Shown one piece after another: positions 9,207 through 18,198 of a DNA stretch of 36,456 bases. The notes under the pieces are model-generated. The model did not search any database, was not told where the DNA came from, and saw only the letters and a program-made list of their open reading frames with translations. Numbering within the stretch: position 1 is the first letter of the stretch; each line of letters starts with the position of its first letter. Origin of the DNA: a virus (taxonomy: Duplodnaviria; Caudoviricetes); IMG/VR virus record IMGVR_UViG_3300032330_001063, positions 1 through 36,456 of that record; one strand, 5' to 3'. Position numbers and translations under genes: made by a program.

Positions 9207-11303
9207 ATGCCGGGTGCCGTTAACGTAAAGATCAAGTGGACAAGGGCTGGTGGCGGCGCTGCGCCTGCCATCACTTCGCCCGCGTTCCTGGTCACGGGAA
9301 CCGTTGACACGCTGTACCCGTCCACGACGTTCACGGCCACCGGCACGGCTCCGATCACCTGGAGCGTCACGGCAGGCACGCTGCCGGCTGGGATGTCGTT
9401 TAGTAGCGCAGGCGTCTTGTCTGGCACGCCGACGGCCACGGCGAGCGGGTCGATTACGTTCACGGCGACGAATGCTTATGGGTATGCGGACAGAGCGTTG
9501 ACGTTGACGGTAAATGCTGCTGGTTCATGGGCACCCACGACGCTAACTGCAACCGTTGACGGATCGGCAGCTACTCTTACTCAAATCGACGCAATCACTA
9601 CCCGCTCAGGTACATGGTGGGTTGATGGCCTCGGTCAGTTTGGCGATTCGTATGTTTATGCAATGCGGTTTTCTGGCAATTCTGCGTTTATTCGTTTGCT
9701 GGTGATGCGTAGAGTATTTACGACTGAAGCTGGCGATGGGACAACGCTAAACACCCGCACCATTGCCCTCGCTGCAACACTAAACGGCACAGCGCACACT
9801 TGGACTGCCGGATGCGTGCAGGGTTCTGTGCGTGTGGTGCAAAACCAAGACCCGGTAGCCCCGAACCCCGCTTGGATTCGCGAGGCGGTTACAAACTACA
9901 AAGTCACAGCATTTAGACGCGAAACTTCGTATAACCCAGCGACGTTTGTCCCTGCATCTCCAGACGGTTGGCGTGGCGCGTATGATCCGACAAGTCTAGG
10001 CCCAAATTCATCCGGAACAACTCCAAGTTGTAATAACAACTATGTAGGTATTACTTCCGGTCAGGGCGGTGAATACACCGCGTCTCGCAGCTTCATACAT
10101 GACATTGACGCCGGGATTATTGATCGAGCGCTTCACAATGAAGATGCACAGGTAACGTCGCTTTGGCCGCAATTTATTCAGTATACGTTCTACAGCTTGT
10201 CTCAACCGCAAGGCGCAAACTGGTCAACAACTAACCATGTAACGGCCGACCCATTTTTCCCAATTTCTGCGCCTGACAGACCATACGAAATGGCCGGGGC
10301 TGCTACACCGGTAGACCCAGCGGTTGATTCAATATGTGATGTTAGAGAAACATCTTGGAATAACGGGGGTCCATATGGCGGGCCACACCGCGACCCTTCG
10401 CATCTTGAAAATACCGGATACGTTCATTGGCTTGCAACGGAAGATCCAGTAGCCGCGCTGGTTGTTCAACGGCAGCTTGCGTACACGATAGCTAATTATT
10501 ACGAATATAAAAGGCCCGTCGGATTAACAACGTACAGATGCTTCGATGAGCAACCTCGGGGCATTTACAACGCCTTTTCTGCTTTATTTAAAAATAAAAT
10601 TATTACCGATTCGGTAGCCACGTTGAATGGAAGATGGCTTTGGGGAAGCACTAGAATAAATAAAATGGTTGCGGACTGCATTTCGTTTTATGACGGTGTT
10701 ATGTACGCTCCTATTTTTTCTGCTACGACCGCATCTCCTACACTTTATACGCAAAAAATCATTAGTAGCTATGAATCTGGTGCTTCTGGACTTGTCTTCC
10801 CGGCGTACGGTGGCCCTTATGACGGGCAAACTTTCTTTGGTACTTCAAACTATTTTATTTGGCAATACGGAACTGAGGCTCTTTATCTTTGGACCCGGGC
10901 GGGTAACGCGATAGCTACAAAATGGCTGACAAGTGCCGCGCAATTGCTGTCTAATTTGATGGTTTATATTGGCGGCGCGTCGGCTATTGACCAAACAAAC
11001 AGCACGGCGGGTTCCAATAGACCAATTATTCTTTCCTCTGCTACTACGCCTTATACTACAGTGACTGACTGGGCAAATTGGTGGAACTCTATCAACCCAA
11101 GCGCATCACGAACAAATTTTAATGCTTCATATTCGCATTCGGTAAATCGCTTTGGGAATATGTTGAGGTTAGCTCGCGGCGCAGGGATAGCGGGGCTTGA
11201 TCCGGCTATTGCGAGTTTCGATTCATTTAAGGCCGCGACTACGGCTTCTGGCCCTGATGTCGGTGTACTTGGCAATTGGCCTAAAAATTCGATGGGGCTG
11301 TAA
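9207..11303 (+). CDS. Large surface/fibre protein with N-terminal putative Ig domain
   Basis: PAITSP...ATGTAPITWSVTAGTLPAGMSFSSAGVLSGTPT is a putative-Ig (He_PIG-like) repeat; the rest is AT-richer and aromatic-rich. Confidence 0.75.
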   Translation: MPGAVNVKIKWTRAGGGAAPAITSPAFLVTGTVDTLYPSTTFTATGTAPITWSVTAGTLPAGMSFSSAGVLSGTPTATASGSITFTATNAYGYADRALTLTVNAAGSWAPTTLTATVDGSAATLTQIDAITTRSGTWWVDGLGQFGDSYVYAMRFSGNSAFIRLLVMRRVFTTEAGDGTTLNTRTIALAATLNGTAHTWTAGCVQGSVRVVQNQDPVAPNPAWIREAVTNYKVTAFRRETSYNPATFVPASPDGWRGAYDPTSLGPNSSGTTPSCNNNYVGITSGQGGEYTASRSFIHDIDAGIIDRALHNEDAQVTSLWPQFIQYTFYSLSQPQGANWSTTNHVTADPFFPISAPDRPYEMAGAATPVDPAVDSICDVRETSWNNGGPYGGPHRDPSHLENTGYVHWLATEDPVAALVVQRQLAYTIANYYEYKRPVGLTTYRCFDEQPRGIYNAFSALFKNKIITDSVATLNGRWLWGSTRINKMVADCISFYDGVMYAPIFSATTASPTLYTQKIISSYESGASGLVFPAYGGPYDGQTFFGTSNYFIWQYGTEALYLWTRAGNAIATKWLTSAAQLLSNLMVYIGGASAIDQTNSTAGSNRPIILSSATTPYTTVTDWANWWNSINPSASRTNFNASYSHSVNRFGNMLRLARGAGIAGLDPAIASFDSFKAATTASGPDVGVLGNWPKNSMGL

Positions 11304-12280
11304 TGCCAACAATATCAACCTATACCTTTGCTGGCGCGACCTCTCCAGTTGCCGGTAATAACGGTAACCCGTTTGGAAGCATTACAACTGCACTTACAAT
11401 AAACGCTCAGGGTATTGTTTCTGCTGCAAGTGGTAACGTAATCGTTACGGCAACCGGTAGTACGATTACCGGGTTTGATGCTGGTTATACGTTTGAAATC
11501 AAGTTCAAATCATCCGCTGGGCCGTCTGCGGATAGACGTATGTTTACGCCAGAAAATGCTGGAACCGCAAATGCCCCTGTTTTAATTGTTAGGCAAAGTA
11601 CACCGTCCGGTGGCGCAAACCTTATTCATTTTGGCACCTCAACAACACAAATATTTACCCCGTCTGGTTTTTTTGTTTACGACGGCGCTTTCCATACTTA
11701 TAAGTTTGTTTATAACACAACGACTATTGAATATTTTAGGGATGGAACGTCAATTGGCTCCGGTGCTATTGGCGCACCCGGAACTACACAAGCTCCAAAC
11801 CGAATATATATTGTTGGGAATCAGGGCGGCTTTGCTGCCGACACCGCCCCATCCGACCTGACGATTGAATACGCTTTTATTAGCGTCGGCTCGCCCGTCA
11901 CCTACACCTACTCCCGCCCGTCGAGCGACATCACCACGCAGTGGTCGCCCAGCACTGGCACCGATCACTACGCGCTGATCGACGAGACGACGGCCAACGA
12001 CGCCGACTACATCTACGCCACAGCTGCCGGCCAGACCGACGAAGTGCGGCTTGCGTCGATGACCGCGCCCCAGGCTGGCACCGATCTGCTTATCAACTAC
12101 CGCGTGCAGGGCATCGTTGGCAGCGCATCGGTGACACTTTCGCTGGTGTGCAACACGACCGTGCATGCAACTGACACCACACGCACTTTTAACGGCGATT
12201 ACACGCTGACCGTGCCATCGGGCACTTGGGCGTCAGTAGCCGACTGGACAAACATGCGCTTGCGCTTTGTGAGCGCCTAA
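11303..12280 (+). CDS. Putative virion protein with concanavalin/LamG-like domain
   Basis: YTFEIKFKS...DGAFHTYKFVYNTTTIEYFRDG resembles a LamG/ConA fold; TAATG-coupled. Confidence 0.65.
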   Translation: MPTISTYTFAGATSPVAGNNGNPFGSITTALTINAQGIVSAASGNVIVTATGSTITGFDAGYTFEIKFKSSAGPSADRRMFTPENAGTANAPVLIVRQSTPSGGANLIHFGTSTTQIFTPSGFFVYDGAFHTYKFVYNTTTIEYFRDGTSIGSGAIGAPGTTQAPNRIYIVGNQGGFAADTAPSDLTIEYAFISVGSPVTYTYSRPSSDITTQWSPSTGTDHYALIDETTANDADYIYATAAGQTDEVRLASMTAPQAGTDLLINYRVQGIVGSASVTLSLVCNTTVHATDTTRTFNGDYTLTVPSGTWASVADWTNMRLRFVSA

Positions 12281-12289
12281 GGGAATGAC

Positions 12290-13090
12290 ATGGCAATCAC
12301 CACACTGGACGGTCTGATCGCTGCAACCAAGCAGCGCGTGCCGATCAAGAAGACCGCATCGCGTACCGCTGTGGCCAACGGCTGGTTCTCCACGATTGAA
12401 CTGGCTGGCGACCCCGGCGCTGGCGTGCTGGCAGGATCTAGCACTACCACTGGCGTGGTGCCAGACGACACTACAGCTGGCATGCCGCTGCTCAATACGT
12501 TCGGCGCTGGCAACAACGGCCACCTCATCAACGTCGAGTATTCCAGCGTTGTCGCCAGCCGGATCATGGTCTACGACCTGCTGTGGAAGGGTGGCGCTTA
12601 CGCATTCAACGCCAGCACCACCGGCCAGACGCCGGGTTCGTTTAGCGCTAGGGTGCCAAGCGGTACGGACTTCACGAACACCGAGATTTGGGTGGAGCAA
12701 GTCACGGCTGCGACCGGCAACCAAGCTGTGAACGTGACCTACACCAACCAGTCCGGCACCACTGGCCGCAGCACGGGTGCGGTCGGTATCGGCTCTGCGC
12801 CCACCGTCGGCAGGATGTGGCAATTGCCGCTGCAGTCCGGAGACACGGGCGTGCAGGGCGTCACTGGCGTGGTCGGCACGGTGGCAACGGTCGGGACGTT
12901 CAACGTGCTGGTGATTCGTCCGCTGTGGTTGGGCCGCGTGCCGCTTGCAAACTTCAGCGACCTGCACGATTACCTGCGTGTCGGTATGCCACGGGTGTTT
13001 GAAACGTCGGCCCTGCAAATCTGCATTAACCCGGACTCAACCGCCACAGGTGCGTCCGTCGAACTGATGCTGACTATCGCCAACGGTTAA
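12290..13090 (+). CDS. Putative virion structural protein
   Basis: MAITTLDGLIAA start; T/G-rich; VTYTNQSGTTGR motif. Confidence 0.7.
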   Translation: MAITTLDGLIAATKQRVPIKKTASRTAVANGWFSTIELAGDPGAGVLAGSSTTTGVVPDDTTAGMPLLNTFGAGNNGHLINVEYSSVVASRIMVYDLLWKGGAYAFNASTTGQTPGSFSARVPSGTDFTNTEIWVEQVTAATGNQAVNVTYTNQSGTTGRSTGAVGIGSAPTVGRMWQLPLQSGDTGVQGVTGVVGTVATVGTFNVLVIRPLWLGRVPLANFSDLHDYLRVGMPRVFETSALQICINPDSTATGASVELMLTIANG

Positions 13091-13093
13091 GCA

Positions 13094-14314
13094 ATGCCGC
13101 TGCCGCCCATCCCGCCGCGAGGTGCGCGCAGGCTTACGCCTGCCATACAAAATCGCGCGCCCGGAGACATTGCGGAATCGGCAACCTTTGGGCCGAATAA
13201 GCAGTACGACTTTTTAGTCGGCAACGCTGTCGCCGCGGGCGGATCTGGCGCGGCAACCATCACTAGCGGCCTTGGTTGCGGCATTGGCAACGCAGTCGCT
13301 GCGGGCAGCGCATTTACGCTGAGCCAGTACGGCCTTCGCGTCACGTGGGCTGAGGCCGCGTACCAAGCCATTGTCAATGTCTCGTTGCCGATAAATGTCG
13401 GCAACGCTGTGGCGTCCGGCGGTGGCGCAGCGACCGTCAATGTCTCTATCGCCGGCAGTGTTGGCAACGCAGTCGCTGCGGGCAACACGGCTGGTTTTAA
13501 CCAAACGACCACCTTTGGCGTTGGCGATGCGGTGGCCGCAGGCAGCGCGGCAGGCATCACCGTCTATGACGCTGTGCGCGTCACTTGGGCAGAAGCGCAG
13601 TACCAAGCGATCCCCAACGTTACCGTCCCGTTCACGGTGGGCAATGCTGTGGCGGCTGGCGCTACAGCAGGCGTGGCCGTCTACGGCGCGGTGCGCGTCA
13701 CCTGGGCCGAAGCGCAGTATCAGGCAACTAGCGGCACCACCGTCCCGCTCTCTGTTGGCAACGCTAACGCATCAGGCTCTACCGCAACAATTAGCGGTGC
13801 CGATTTAGTCCCGCTCGGAATTGGCAATGCAGTCGCAGGCGGGCCGTCTGGCGCAACGGTCAGCGTCGATCTGACTCTGGACTGCGGTACAGGCAATGCA
13901 GTTGCTGAAGGCCAAACCTGCCTGCTGCCAGCGCTCACCGTCGCACCCAGTGCAACCCCAGGCTATGCGCCCAAGACGCGCTACCGCGTGCGGGTGGGTA
14001 CTCGGTGGATGGAGGTTGATCCGCTCGATCCGATGAGCGTGCGTAGAGCCTACGACGCTGCACAGGAAGACGCGCAAGACGCTGCCACGCAAGACGTAGA
14101 AGCACCCGCCGCTGTGGCCGCACAGGCCGTGGTGGTGCGGCCCATCAAGGGGCCGGATTACACGGGGCTTGCCAAAGAAGCCCGCCGGATTAGCGAAGAC
14201 ATCCGCAAGGTTTACGCAGACGCACTGCAAACCGCACTCATCGCGCGCCTCATGCGCGAACAGATAGAGCGCGACGACGAAGACGACATCGCCGTCCTGC
14301 TCGCAAGCATCTAA
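13094..14314 (+). CDS. Repeat-containing putative virion protein
   Basis: About 9 GNAVA(A/S)G-type repeats, 3 RVTWAEA(A/Q)YQA repeats and an acidic tail DDEDDIAVLLA. Confidence 0.75.
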   Translation: MPLPPIPPRGARRLTPAIQNRAPGDIAESATFGPNKQYDFLVGNAVAAGGSGAATITSGLGCGIGNAVAAGSAFTLSQYGLRVTWAEAAYQAIVNVSLPINVGNAVASGGGAATVNVSIAGSVGNAVAAGNTAGFNQTTTFGVGDAVAAGSAAGITVYDAVRVTWAEAQYQAIPNVTVPFTVGNAVAAGATAGVAVYGAVRVTWAEAQYQATSGTTVPLSVGNANASGSTATISGADLVPLGIGNAVAGGPSGATVSVDLTLDCGTGNAVAEGQTCLLPALTVAPSATPGYAPKTRYRVRVGTRWMEVDPLDPMSVRRAYDAAQEDAQDAATQDVEAPAAVAAQAVVVRPIKGPDYTGLAKEARRISEDIRKVYADALQTALIARLMREQIERDDEDDIAVLLASI

Positions 14315-14336
14315 CCGCAGCGCAATCGGTTAGCAC

Positions 14337-14360
14337 AAGCCGCCTTCGGGCGGCTTTTTT
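14337..14360 (+). terminator. Intrinsic terminator
   Basis: AAGCCGCC-TTCG-GGCGGCTT hairpin followed by T run. Confidence 0.85.
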
Positions 14361-14384
14361 ATTGCGCGTTCACTTCGGAAACAC

Positions 14385-15251
14385 ATGAACGACACAGAGA
14401 ACAATCTGCCGGAAGCGGCGGAACTCTCGCAGCCCGCGCTCGACCAAGCGCAGCCCGAGATCGGAAGCGACCCCACTGCAGACCAGTCCGACAACACCGA
14501 TGGCGATACGCAAGGCGTTGACCCAGAGGTTTTTGAGGAAGTCGAGTACGAGGGGAAGAAATACGCACTCCCGCCTGAGCTGAAGGACGCAATCCTTCGG
14601 CAAGCCGATTACACGCGAAAGACGCAGGAACTGGCGCAAACACGCCAACAAGCCGAGCAGACATTCGCGCAGCAGCAGGCACGCATCGAGGCTGAAAGGG
14701 CAAACATCCAAGCGGTGGCGCGACTCACTGCGCTGGATGAGCGTCTGCAGCAGTACGCAGGCGTTGATTGGGACAGCCTAAGCCAGAGCAACGGCGAACT
14801 GGCCCAGCGCGAGTTTATGAAGTACCAGCAACTCAAAGACTCACGCCAGCAATTCGTCGCACAAATCCAGCAGCACGAAGGCCAACGAGCAATGCAGGAG
14901 CAGCAGGAAACTGCCAGGCAACTGCAAGACGCAAACGAAGCACTCAGCCGCGAGATTAAAGGGTGGTCACCCGACTACGCGCAATCCCTGCGCGAAGTAG
15001 CGAAGTCACTGGGCGCAAAAGAAGAGCAACTGAACGGCATCCGCGAACCGTGGATCGTGAAGGCACTTCATGCGCAAAAAGTGCTCGCGGAGATGACCAA
15101 AAAGGCGGGCGCTGCTGCACCGGCAGTCGCTGCAAAACCTGTTCGCACCATCAGCGGCGGCAACGCAAAAGCCACTGTTGATCCGGACAAGATGAGCATC
15201 GAAGACTGGATGCGCCACGAACAGCGGCGCACGGCATCTGCACGCCGATAG
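14385..15251 (+). CDS. Capsid scaffolding protein
   Basis: Acidic N-terminus, LRQADYTRKTQELA motif, coiled coil; directly before the coat gene. Confidence 0.88.
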   Translation: MNDTENNLPEAAELSQPALDQAQPEIGSDPTADQSDNTDGDTQGVDPEVFEEVEYEGKKYALPPELKDAILRQADYTRKTQELAQTRQQAEQTFAQQQARIEAERANIQAVARLTALDERLQQYAGVDWDSLSQSNGELAQREFMKYQQLKDSRQQFVAQIQQHEGQRAMQEQQETARQLQDANEALSREIKGWSPDYAQSLREVAKSLGAKEEQLNGIREPWIVKALHAQKVLAEMTKKAGAAAPAVAAKPVRTISGGNAKATVDPDKMSIEDWMRHEQRRTASARR

Positions 15252-15283
15252 CACTCACCACAACTTAGTCACACACAAACCCA

Positions 15284-15305
15284 AGGCCGCGAAAGCGGCT
15301 TTTTT
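15284..15305 (+). terminator. Terminator-like hairpin between scaffold and coat genes
   Basis: GCCGC-GAAA-GCGGC followed by T run. Confidence 0.65.
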
Positions 15306-15323
15306 CATTTCTAGGACGCAATC

Positions 15324-15383
15324 ATGGCAAATACGATTCTTACCCCGACCGCAGTGACCCGCAAGGCGCTGCAAGTCCTCCAT
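15324..15383 (+). CDS. Major capsid protein (P22 coat family), exon 1
   Basis: AGGA RBS; MANTILTPTAVTRKALQVLH then an in-frame TAA at the intron start; joins in frame to QKLNFIGNINRTYDDSF. Confidence 0.9.
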
Positions 15384-15461
15384 TAAGTTTAGTGGCTTTG
15401 TCTCGTAAGGGACATCGAATAACGGTGTGAATTCGGTGGAAGCCTAAACCTAGTTGTCAGC

Positions 15462-15490
15462 TTGAGACTGCATCAAAAGCTGAGTATAAT
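15462..15490 (+). promoter_or_regulatory. Intron-internal sigma70 promoter for the homing endonuclease
   Basis: TTGAGA-17 nt-TATAAT, ending 5 nt before the HNH ATG. Confidence 0.75.
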
Positions 15491-15495
15491 TAGGC

Positions 15496-16197
15496 ATGGT
15501 AATACCGAGCCAAGACCTGATTGAATGCAAGACGTGTGGCAAGGCTGCAAAGCCTCATAAAGCCCACAAACTCCACTGCGATGCTTGTGCCAAAGCCAAG
15601 CAGGTGGAGTACCAGCGTCAGTACAGAGAAAGAACAAAGGCAGCAAACAAGACCGTGACCTGCAAAGGTTGCGGGGCTGAGTTCACGACGGAGCGATCCG
15701 GCAGAACTTGGCGTTGCGCAGAGTGCACTCGGGTTTATCTGGCCGAAAGGCGACAGAAAGACCAGTACAGGCACAACGTGTACGCAAAGCAGTACCGAGA
15801 GCGACTCGGTGCTGCATACACGGAGAAGATGCGCAACCGGCGCAGAGAGCTAGTTGCTACGCTACCTCCTGATGAGCTTGAAAAGTTCCGTCAGGCAGAA
15901 CGCGACAAAACGCTCCGATCGCAAGCTGTCATGAAGGAAGCGGTTTTTCAAGCATATGGCGGCTATCGCTGCGTATGCTGCGGAGAAACCGAGCCGCTGT
16001 TTCTGTCTGTAGATCACATCTACAACGACGGCAACGAAATGCGAAAGAACGGAATTCACGCGCGCGGCGGTTCAGCGTTTTATCGTTGGATAAAGCGTCA
16101 CAACTTCCCGCCCGGATTTCAAATCCTCTGTATGAACTGCAACACCGGCAAGCATCGCAACGGCGGTGTGTGCCCGCATCAATCAGGTAAGGTGTAA
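15496..16197 (+). CDS. Intron-encoded HNH homing endonuclease
   Basis: Multiple CxxC pairs; CVCCGE...LSVDHIYNDG...LCMNCNTGKH is an HNH/His-Me motif; inserted in the P6 loop. Confidence 0.88.
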   Translation: MVIPSQDLIECKTCGKAAKPHKAHKLHCDACAKAKQVEYQRQYRERTKAANKTVTCKGCGAEFTTERSGRTWRCAECTRVYLAERRQKDQYRHNVYAKQYRERLGAAYTEKMRNRRRELVATLPPDELEKFRQAERDKTLRSQAVMKEAVFQAYGGYRCVCCGETEPLFLSVDHIYNDGNEMRKNGIHARGGSAFYRWIKRHNFPPGFQILCMNCNTGKHRNGGVCPHQSGKV

Positions 16198-16354
16198 CGA
16201 CTATTCCGTAAGGAAGTAGGGCCAAGCGGCTCGAAGCGCATCGCACCCTAGCGATAGGGTGGTGAGATAGTCTGCTCTGCAACGGAAACTTGCAGCAGCC
16301 CTGTGTGATGAAATCAGGGCGGTTTAGGTCTAGCGAGCCTAAGCGAACACAAGG

Positions 16355-17497
16355 CAAAAACTTAACTTCATCGGCAACATCAACCGCACCTACGACGACT
16401 CGTTCGCCAACAGCGGCGCGAAGATCGGCGACTCGCTGAAGATCCGTCTGCCCAACGAGTACACCGTTCGCACCGGCGCCAGCTTGTCCACGCAAGACAC
16501 TAGCGAAACCAGCACCACGCTGCAGATCGCTACACAAAAGGGCGTTGATCTCACCTTCAGCAGCGCAGAACTCACCTTGAGCCTGGACGACTTCTCGTCG
16601 CGGATTCTTGAGCCTGCGATGGCTGTGCTGGCTGCGAACATCGAAGCTGATGCGCTGAACATGTACAAGGACGTGTATCAGATCGTTGACAACGACGGTT
16701 CTGCTATTTCGTTCCTGAACATCATGCAGGGCCGCAAGCTGCTCAACGACTCGCTGGCTCCGATGGACAACAACCGCACCGCGCTGTTGTCGACCGATCA
16801 CACCGCCAAGCTGGTGGATGCGCTCAAGGGTCTGTTCCAGGACTCCAACGCGATCAAGCAGCAGTACAAAGAGGGAATGATGGGCCGCACCGGTGGTTTC
16901 GACTTCTACGAAAACACGCTGCTTGCCAACCACGCAACCGGCACCGCCGCCAAGACCACCACCTACACCGTCAACGGCGCCGTGACCACCAACGGCTCGA
17001 CCGCTGTCACCGTGGCGACCGGCGCAACGACGTTCAAGGCTGGCGACATCTTCACCGTTGCAGGCTGCTTCCGCGTCCACCCCGAGACCAAGGTTTCGAC
17101 CGGTGTGCTGCAGCAGTTCGTGGTCGCCGCTGACTACGCTGGTGGCGCTGGCTCGCTGTCGTTTGCTCCGGCCATCTTCACCTCTGGCGGTCGCCAAAAC
17201 GTGGTGGCTGCCGGTATGGCGAACTCTTCGGCCATCGTGAAAGTCGGTGCTGGCAATGCTGAGCTGCTTACCCCGTCGATGGTCTTCCACCGCGATGCGT
17301 TTGCCTTTGCAACCGCTGACCTGGTGATGCCCAAAGGCGTGGACTTTGCGGCCCGTGAAGTCTATGACGGCATCTCGCTTCGTACCGTTCGCCAGTACGC
17401 AATCAGCACGGACACCATGCCTTGCCGGATTGACGTTCTGTACGGCTACAAGACGATCCGCGCTCAACTGGCCGCGCGTATCCACGCTGACGGCTGA
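16355..17497 (+). CDS. Major capsid protein (P22 coat family), exon 2
   Basis: Open from CAA at 16355, in frame with ORF 16484..17497; GAKIGDSLKIRLP and RIDVLYGYKTIR coat motifs; spliced product 400 aa. Confidence 0.92.
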   Translation, partial: QKLNFIGNINRTYDDSFANSGAKIGDSLKIRLPNEYTVRTGASLSTQDTSETSTTLQIATQKGVDLTFSSAELTLSLDDFSSRILEPAMAVLAANIEADALNMYKDVYQIVDNDGSAISFLNIMQGRKLLNDSLAPMDNNRTALLSTDHTAKLVDALKGLFQDSNAIKQQYKEGMMGRTGGFDFYENTLLANHATGTAAKTTTYTVNGAVTTNGSTAVTVATGATTFKAGDIFTVAGCFRVHPETKVSTGVLQQFVVAADYAGGAGSLSFAPAIFTSGGRQNVVAAGMANSSAIVKVGAGNAELLTPSMVFHRDAFAFATADLVMPKGVDFAAREVYDGISLRTVRQYAISTDTMPCRIDVLYGYKTIRAQLAARIHADG

Positions 17498-17564
17498 TCG
17501 GTCTAAGCGTTAAGCAGTAAGGGGCCGGCTCACAAGGCTGGCCCCACCATCACCAGAGGGAACT

Positions 17565-18197
17565 ATGGCGCTCACGACATACGCGGGACTGAAGACCGAG
17601 GTGGCCGCATGGCTGCATCGCAACGATCTAACCGACAGGATTCCCACGTTCATTGAGTTTGCCACCCACCGCCTTACCCGCACCATTACGTCGCCAAGGA
17701 TGGAAGCGTCCACGACGCTGAGCGTGGTAAACGGCACCGCAACACTTCCCAGCAATTTCCGCTCGGCTGTCGCCATGACGCTTGGCACAGTTGAGTACAA
17801 AGCCATTACTGCCGCAGACATGCGGGCAATGAATCAGGGCGGCATCCGGCCCACATACCCGGTGTATTCGATCGTTAACAACCAGTTCAACGTGTACCCG
17901 GCTGACAGTTCGTCGCCCACGCTGATCTACTCGGTACAACTAACAAACTTGGTAGCCGATGCCGACACCAACTGGGTGCTGCAGGACTACCCGGACGTGT
18001 ATCTCATGGCGGCGCTCGCCGAGGCGCGCAAGTTCGTGCTGGATGACACGCGCTTGGTGCAATACGAGCAGATGACGATTGCGCGGATCGCGGAACTGAA
18101 CCGCAACGAGCTACGCAACGTTGAGAACTCGGCCACCTGGTACAAGCAGCGCGAGTTGCCGGTGCATCTGCCGGCCTATGACATCCGGTTCGGCTGA
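17565..18197 (+). CDS. Head-tail adaptor / head completion protein
   Basis: MALTTYAGLKTEVAAWLHRNDLTDRIPTFI...TNWVLQDYPDVYL; follows the coat gene. Confidence 0.8.
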   Translation: MALTTYAGLKTEVAAWLHRNDLTDRIPTFIEFATHRLTRTITSPRMEASTTLSVVNGTATLPSNFRSAVAMTLGTVEYKAITAADMRAMNQGGIRPTYPVYSIVNNQFNVYPADSSSPTLIYSVQLTNLVADADTNWVLQDYPDVYLMAALAEARKFVLDDTRLVQYEQMTIARIAELNRNELRNVENSATWYKQRELPVHLPAYDIRFG

Positions 18198-18198
18198 C

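Larger units (their letters stand above)
15384..16354 (+). ncRNA. Group I self-splicing intron (IA-like), 971 nt
   Basis: Exon CCAU pairs with intron GUGG (U-G at the splice site); P3 CGGUGUG 15423-29/CGCAUCG 16237-43; P7 GACUAU 16199-204/AUAGUC 16267-72; P6a 15515-24/16179-88; P8 CACCCUA-GCGA-UAGGGUG; P7.1 and P7.2 hairpins; terminal G at 16354. Confidence 0.92.

Noticed and set aside
15929-17485. 518-aa minus-strand ORF, and similar long antisense ORFs such as 33658..34899 + and 2424..3254 -
   Set aside because: These are shadows of GC-rich genes on the opposite strand, with no motifs or RBS.
16484-17497. 337-aa ORF taken as the whole capsid protein
   Set aside because: The frame is open back to 16355 and the true N-terminus is exon 1 at 15324.
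17521-17546. Terminator after the coat gene
   Set aside because: The GC-rich hairpin has no U tract; it may be a stability element but is not supportable as a terminator.
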